Shown piece after piece: positions 27,445 to 32,000 of a DNA stretch of 32,000 nucleotides. The stretch covers positions 1 to 32,000 of the forward strand of contig JAWOFX010000033.1 in assembly GCA_046497275.1 (NCBI GenBank), given 5' to 3'. The notes beneath the pieces are model-generated. The model ran no database searches. It was not told where the DNA came from and saw nothing but the letters and a program-made list of their open reading frames with translations. The DNA is from Promethearchaeia archaeon (GTDB lineage: Archaea > Asgardarchaeota > Lokiarchaeia > Sigyniarchaeales > SOKP01). Both the position numbers and the translations under genes were made by a program. Each line of letters begins with the position of its first letter. Within the stretch, counting starts at the first letter, position 1.

Positions 27445-28704
27445 TTGAAATTGACAAATAATAAGAAAATAATGATCTCTCTTTTTTGTATATTATTAGT
27501 TATTTTTGAATTTAATTTAGTCATATTCAATATTAAAGGAGAAGATATTTCAGGATTTTCCACATATTATAATCAAAATCCAATTCAAAACCAAACTGTA
27601 TATTACAATTTTGATAATTCTATCCATTTTGGAATATCAACAAATGTATCAGTTAATGGTAAAATTGAATTTGATTCAGCAATTACCAATAGAGACACCC
27701 TCATTATTATAGGAAATGAGCAACCTGCAACCATAAATTTCACCTCCAAAACGGATATTGACGGATTCGATTTCCAAAAGAAACCCAAAGGACCTTCGGG
27801 GGGCAATTTTCAATATAAATATCAATTTAATTATATCCTTCAAATCAAAGCAAATATTACAATCACAAATGTAACAATTCATTATCTAAAAATACAAAGA
27901 TATGGATTAAATCCCAATGGAGATTATAAAATAGCACGATTTCGGAAAGGAGATGAATCATGGGAACTTTTATCAACAGAGGAAAAAATAAATGAAAGCA
28001 CGGGAGAACCTTATCTAGAAACCCAAATTTATGATTTGGATGCAAATAATGAAGACTACATTACCATATTTCAAGTTACTCGAATTTCTTATGATTGGAT
28101 ATGGATTATCGTCATCATTGCAGTAGTGAGTATTGCTGGCTTAGCAATTCTTCTTTCTAAGAAAGAATATATTCAATTTCTTAAAACTCGAACAGTTCCT
28201 GTTGATAAAGGTGCTCATCAACTATCTATGGAGGATGTTTTAGATAATGAAAATCGAAATAAAATTATCGATTTAATATTAGATAAACCTGGTATTCATT
28301 TTAATGAACTTTTACGTGAAACTAACTTATCTGCTGGTAATCTTGCTTGGCATTTAGATATATTAGGAACTTATAAAGTGATTGGAAAAAAGCGGATAGG
28401 GCGATACCTTGTCTATTTTCCATATTATGAAAAAAATCCTATATCAAATATTGACTTGAAACTTCAGAAGAGTGAATTAACATTAGAAATTTTGGAAATG
28501 ATTGAAGTTCAACCTGGGACATATAATAATCAAATTGCGAAACAATTGAATTTAGATCATAAAACTGTCTCTTATCATATCAATAAACTAAAAGATTTAG
28601 GTTTAATACATTCTGAAAAATCTGGAAGGAAAAAGAAATTATATCCTAATTTAGAAGCGGAGTATTTTAACAATCATAATCATAATAACAATGATAATGA
28701 GTAA
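27445..28704 (+). CDS. Membrane-tethered transcription regulator: signal peptide, ectodomain, TM helix, tandem winged-HTH (COG3398-like)
   Basis: TM WIWIIVIIAVVSIAGLAILL; wHTH1 NRNKIIDLILDKPGIHFNELLRETNLSAGNLAWHL; wHTH2 ILEMIEVQPGTYNNQIAKQLNLDHKTVSYHINKL. TTG start. Confidence 0.8.
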   Translation: MKLTNNKKIMISLFCILLVIFEFNLVIFNIKGEDISGFSTYYNQNPIQNQTVYYNFDNSIHFGISTNVSVNGKIEFDSAITNRDTLIIIGNEQPATINFTSKTDIDGFDFQKKPKGPSGGNFQYKYQFNYILQIKANITITNVTIHYLKIQRYGLNPNGDYKIARFRKGDESWELLSTEEKINESTGEPYLETQIYDLDANNEDYITIFQVTRISYDWIWIIVIIAVVSIAGLAILLSKKEYIQFLKTRTVPVDKGAHQLSMEDVLDNENRNKIIDLILDKPGIHFNELLRETNLSAGNLAWHLDILGTYKVIGKKRIGRYLVYFPYYEKNPISNIDLKLQKSELTLEILEMIEVQPGTYNNQIAKQLNLDHKTVSYHINKLKDLGLIHSEKSGRKKKLYPNLEAEYFNNHNHNNNDNE

Positions 28705-28854
28705 AGCTCCCTTTATAGGGATTATTTAATATTTTTCAGTTACATCAAATTTCTCATTTTCAAAATTGAACAATTAAATTCTATTTATGAAATATTGGAA
28801 TAGAATTTAATAAGATTGAAATTAAATTCCTTTAATAATAAGGAAAATTTTAAA

Positions 28855-29367
28855 ATGGAAATGATAGAACCGGAAAAATTATTGGAATTTATTAAAAACA
28901 GAAGGACAATCCGATGCTTCAAGGATGAGATGATTCCCGAAGAAGAAATAATAATGATTCTTCAAGCAGGACAATGGGCACCTTCAGCATCCAACAGACA
29001 AGCATGGGAGTTTATAGTTATAAAGAATAAAGAATTAATTAAAAAATTAGCTGGAATTGCGATATATGGGGAATTTGTAAGAGAAGCGCCGGTTTTAATT
29101 GCGATAATAGGGTTAGTTCATGAAAATCCTAATTGGTATATTCAGGATACAACTCTAGCTTCTATGAATATGATGTTAGTGGCTTGGAGCTTGGGTATAG
29201 GTACTTGTTGGCTTGGAACTATGGACAGGGAGAAAGCAAAAGAAATAATAGGTATCAAAAAGGATAATTTCCTCCTTACTATCTTGCCGTTCGGTTATTT
29301 AAGAAGAGATGTGCCAAAACCACCCCCTCGTAAGGATTTAAAGGAAATAACTGAATTTATTGAATAA
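28855..29367 (+). CDS. Nitroreductase family protein
   Basis: IKNRRTIR.F, APSASNRQAWEF, MLVAWSLGIGTCW. Start at ATG 28855 or 28861. Confidence 0.9.
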   Translation: MEMIEPEKLLEFIKNRRTIRCFKDEMIPEEEIIMILQAGQWAPSASNRQAWEFIVIKNKELIKKLAGIAIYGEFVREAPVLIAIIGLVHENPNWYIQDTTLASMNMMLVAWSLGIGTCWLGTMDREKAKEIIGIKKDNFLLTILPFGYLRRDVPKPPPRKDLKEITEFIE

Positions 29368-29443
29368 AATTTTAAAAATGTTAGATTCAATCGAAAATTC
29401 CGTTCTCTAATCCTTTTTTATAAATTTATTAAATTTTTATTTA

Positions 29444-30613
29444 TTAATCAACACTAATGATTACATCCTCTAAGGTTTCGGGGGCTTTCGTTAGTTTAAT
29501 GTAACCATTTTCTGTGATCAATACAGTATCAGAGTGTCGAAATCCTCCTATATTTGGAATATAAATACCCGGTTCAATACTTACAACCATGTTTGCTTCA
29601 AGCTTTCTATTATATCCCTCCGCAATATAAGGAGCTTCATGACCCGTGATACCGAAACCATGACCAGTTCTATGTATTATATAGTCCCCATAGCCATTTT
29701 CAGTGATATAATTTCTTACTTTCTTATCGATTTCACTCATAATAGTTCCAGGTTTTAACATGTCATAAGCCATTTTTCTTGCGTTGAACATAACTTCAAA
29801 TGGTTTCTTAGCTTTTTCAGGGATATGACCTAGAAAAAAGGTTCGTTCTACTTCTACTCCATAACCATCTACTTGCGCTTGCACTATTGATACATGCGGT
29901 CCTCCTTTTTGCATTTTTGCGAAGATATCTGGCACTAAATGCGGTTCATGAGAAATATCAGGAGGCCAAACTGCGGCTGTAGTTTCAGTAGCTTTAAAAT
30001 TTGCATTTGGGATATCTTGGATTATTTTAGATGTCATAGTAGAGGTTGCTTCTTGAAAAATTCCAAATTCTGCCATACCAGGCTTACATATTTTTAAAAG
30101 TTTTTTATGTCCTTTACTAACAATTTTACTAGCATGAACAATCCTTCCAATTTCATAATCGCTTTTAATAATTCGTACATCATCTAATATTTCGCTTATT
30201 ACCTTTTTTCCGGGGGTCTTCTGATAAATCTCCATCGTCATTGCTGGCTCTACTCCCACCTTGGAATCACTTTCTATTAATTTCTCATATATTTCATACC
30301 AATTTTCCCCCAAAGGAGAGGGAAATTCATAATAATTAACAATTTCTAAATCACCAATCGCTCTGTCAATCACATGAGCTTGTTCTAGAAGCGGTGTAAG
30401 AAATTTCATTGGTCCTTGTTGCCCTATTATTAGAAGAAAGGGTCGTTCATGAACATAAAATGCAAAATTTGTAAGATAATAGATATTGACGGGATCAAAA
30501 CAGACGATATAATCTAATTTGTCTTTAATCATTTTCTCTCTAACTTTCTTCAATCTTGTAGCTATCTCCTCTTCAGATGGAGGTGTCTTTATTGCTTTTG
30601 GTTTTTTTACCAT
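29444..30613 (-). CDS. M24 (pita-bread fold) creatinase/prolidase-like protein with a degenerate metal site
   Basis: Creatinase-type N-domain (NIYYLTNF), RIIKSDYEI, HRTGHGFG...HEAP, SIEPGIY, FRHSDTV. Confidence 0.85.
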   Translation of the reverse strand: MVKKPKAIKTPPSEEEIATRLKKVREKMIKDKLDYIVCFDPVNIYYLTNFAFYVHERPFLLIIGQQGPMKFLTPLLEQAHVIDRAIGDLEIVNYYEFPSPLGENWYEIYEKLIESDSKVGVEPAMTMEIYQKTPGKKVISEILDDVRIIKSDYEIGRIVHASKIVSKGHKKLLKICKPGMAEFGIFQEATSTMTSKIIQDIPNANFKATETTAAVWPPDISHEPHLVPDIFAKMQKGGPHVSIVQAQVDGYGVEVERTFFLGHIPEKAKKPFEVMFNARKMAYDMLKPGTIMSEIDKKVRNYITENGYGDYIIHRTGHGFGITGHEAPYIAEGYNRKLEANMVVSIEPGIYIPNIGGFRHSDTVLITENGYIKLTKAPETLEDVIISVD

Positions 30614-30740
30614 TTTAAAATCACGCTTGAATATTTAATTTATTTCTTTATTTTTTAAATTCTCTTTACTTATTTATTAAATTTATTCTGTTCCATTATT
30701 TAATTCATTTTTTAAATTAGAACTTTAAAATTATTTCAAT

Positions 30741-31475
30741 TCATAAATTTTTAATCCTTTCTCTTGAAAATTTATCTGCTAAATATAATGGTTTAGGCTG
30801 TCGATTCTCGAATGTGGTTTTCAACGCAATCTTTAATGCAAGATCTAAATCTATTTCATAGCCAGCACTTACAAATACAGGTTTTCTTTTTTCAGATAAG
30901 CATACAGCATAACCTATTTTTTCATTTGTATCTGGGGTATTTTTATCTGGATCTTTAGCCCAGACCGGAGTTTTATTTCCTTTATACCTTTTAATTTGAT
31001 TCCAATTTCCAAATCCTATAAATGGATTCTTCGCTACTCCAAACGAGGGAATTTGTAAGGCAAATCCTAAATGAGTTGCTTCACCAAATCTAAGAGGATG
31101 AATAATACCATGTCCATCGCACATAATGACATCTGGACGAATTTTAGATTTTTTTATAACGGTAGAGAGTAAATTATTTTCCCTGAAACCAAGAAAACCA
31201 GCCTTATAGGGAAATTTGATTATAGATTGAGAAAAATATTTATTAACTAAATTATTATTTTCGTAATTCCATAAAATAGCGCAAGCTATACCATGATCTT
31301 GGTTATTTTTTTGAAAATATGAGATATCTACTCCTATAATGTATTGTATATCTGTTTCTTGAATATAAAATCTTCGTTTGCCCTTTTCTTGATGAATTTT
31401 CTCTCTATATTTTTTTTGCAATTCTTTGGCTTCTTTATAGGAATAATCATCTCTTAAAAGTTCATAATACATCAT
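30741..31475 (-). CDS. nfi: Endonuclease V
   Basis: GVDISY, FPY..GFLGFRE, DGHGIIHP.RFGEATHLG, GVAK, PVFVS.G, P.PL.LAD. Confidence 0.9.
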   Translation of the reverse strand: MMYYELLRDDYSYKEAKELQKKYREKIHQEKGKRRFYIQETDIQYIIGVDISYFQKNNQDHGIACAILWNYENNNLVNKYFSQSIIKFPYKAGFLGFRENNLLSTVIKKSKIRPDVIMCDGHGIIHPLRFGEATHLGFALQIPSFGVAKNPFIGFGNWNQIKRYKGNKTPVWAKDPDKNTPDTNEKIGYAVCLSEKRKPVFVSAGYEIDLDLALKIALKTTFENRQPKPLYLADKFSRERIKNL

Positions 31476-31575
31476 TTTATACGAATAGAGATATAAATCT
31501 GAAATAGTTTAATTTTATGATAATCAATAATTGTTATATATCTGTTTATAATTTAAAGATAAAAAAGATGATAAT

Positions 31576-32000
31576 ATGGTACTAGGATATTTTGGATTAG
31601 TTTTGCATGGTCATATGCCTTGGTGTAAAAAGTCTGGGATATGGCCAGCAGGTGAACAATGGTATACAGAAGCAGCTTTGGAAACTTATATTCCTATGTT
31701 GAATGTTTTACGCAATTTAAAGAACAAAGGAATTAGAACAGCAATCACTATCAATATTACTCCAATTTTGGCAGAGATGATGGCAGATGAGTATATGAAA
31801 AATAAATTCGAAGATTATGTAGAAGATTTAATAAAACGCGCCAATAAAGACATAAATCGGTTTGAAAATCATCCTCATAAAAAAAGAATTGCCCAAAATT
31901 ATCTTGAGAATTTTAAAAATATCCTAGATACTTTTTATCATAATTATTATAGAGATCTTTTAGGTAGCTTCAAATGGCTCCAAGATGAGGGGATGATAGA
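31576..32000 (+). CDS. GH57 1,4-alpha-glucan branching enzyme-like (DUF1957-type), 5' part, truncated at the window end
   Basis: Not in the ORF track. Reads MVLGYFGLVLHGHMPW...GEQWYTEAALETYIPML...ITPILAEM, with no stop to the window end. Confidence 0.85.
   Translation, partial: MVLGYFGLVLHGHMPWCKKSGIWPAGEQWYTEAALETYIPMLNVLRNLKNKGIRTAITINITPILAEMMADEYMKNKFEDYVEDLIKRANKDINRFENHPHKKRIAQNYLENFKNILDTFYHNYYRDLLGSFKWLQDEGMI

Noticed and set aside
28666-28701. Asn/His microsatellite tail (NNHNHNNNDNE) of the membrane regulator
   Set aside because: Short AAT/CAT low-complexity run typical of AT-rich genomes; no functional evidence.
18575-29758. Remaining short track ORFs overlapping the radical SAM, fae-hps, rod protein, phosphoesterase, GH2, regulator and M24 genes (e.g. 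19880-20170, 20788-21195, 22712-22957, 27603-27806, 29534-29758)
   Set aside because: Antisense to longer motif-bearing genes, with no RBS or family features.

Overview
AT-rich archaeal chromosomal window, most likely an Asgard archaeon (Lokiarchaeia/Promethearchaeota); this assignment is inferred from an archaeal-type information-processing gene set plus a gelsolin-like protein. In order, it holds: a truncated RHH-antitoxin/PIN-toxin pair; GNAT, DUF2179 and HAD genes; a nurA-herA-orf-mre11-rad50 end-resection operon in which rad50 appears to start at CTG; the rpoE1-spt4-DUF359-rps24e-rps27ae-kae1-bud32 cluster; a rearranged rps6e-rpl24e-rpoN-rpl7ae-rps28e cluster containing a 59-aa zinc-ribbon ORF missing from the ORF track; a gelsolin-domain protein; a B12 radical SAM enzyme; fae-hps; a 755-aa TrmB-like protein with a very long 11-residue-repeat helical insert; a metallophosphoesterase; GH2; a two-gene membrane module; nitroreductase; a metal-site-degenerate M24 enzyme; endonuclease V; and a partial GH57. 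There are two lead candidates for an undescribed system. (1) 26693-28704: a surface protein with a GPS/GAIN-like HF|S autoproteolysis motif just before its TM helix, next to a membrane-tethered double-wHTH regulator with an apparently paralogous but cleavage-dead ectodomain. (2) 20764-23031: a wHTH / hendecad hairpin / TrmB-effector-domain protein. I recognised no tRNA, rRNA, CRISPR array or transposase. All family calls are motif recognition by eye, not database searches.
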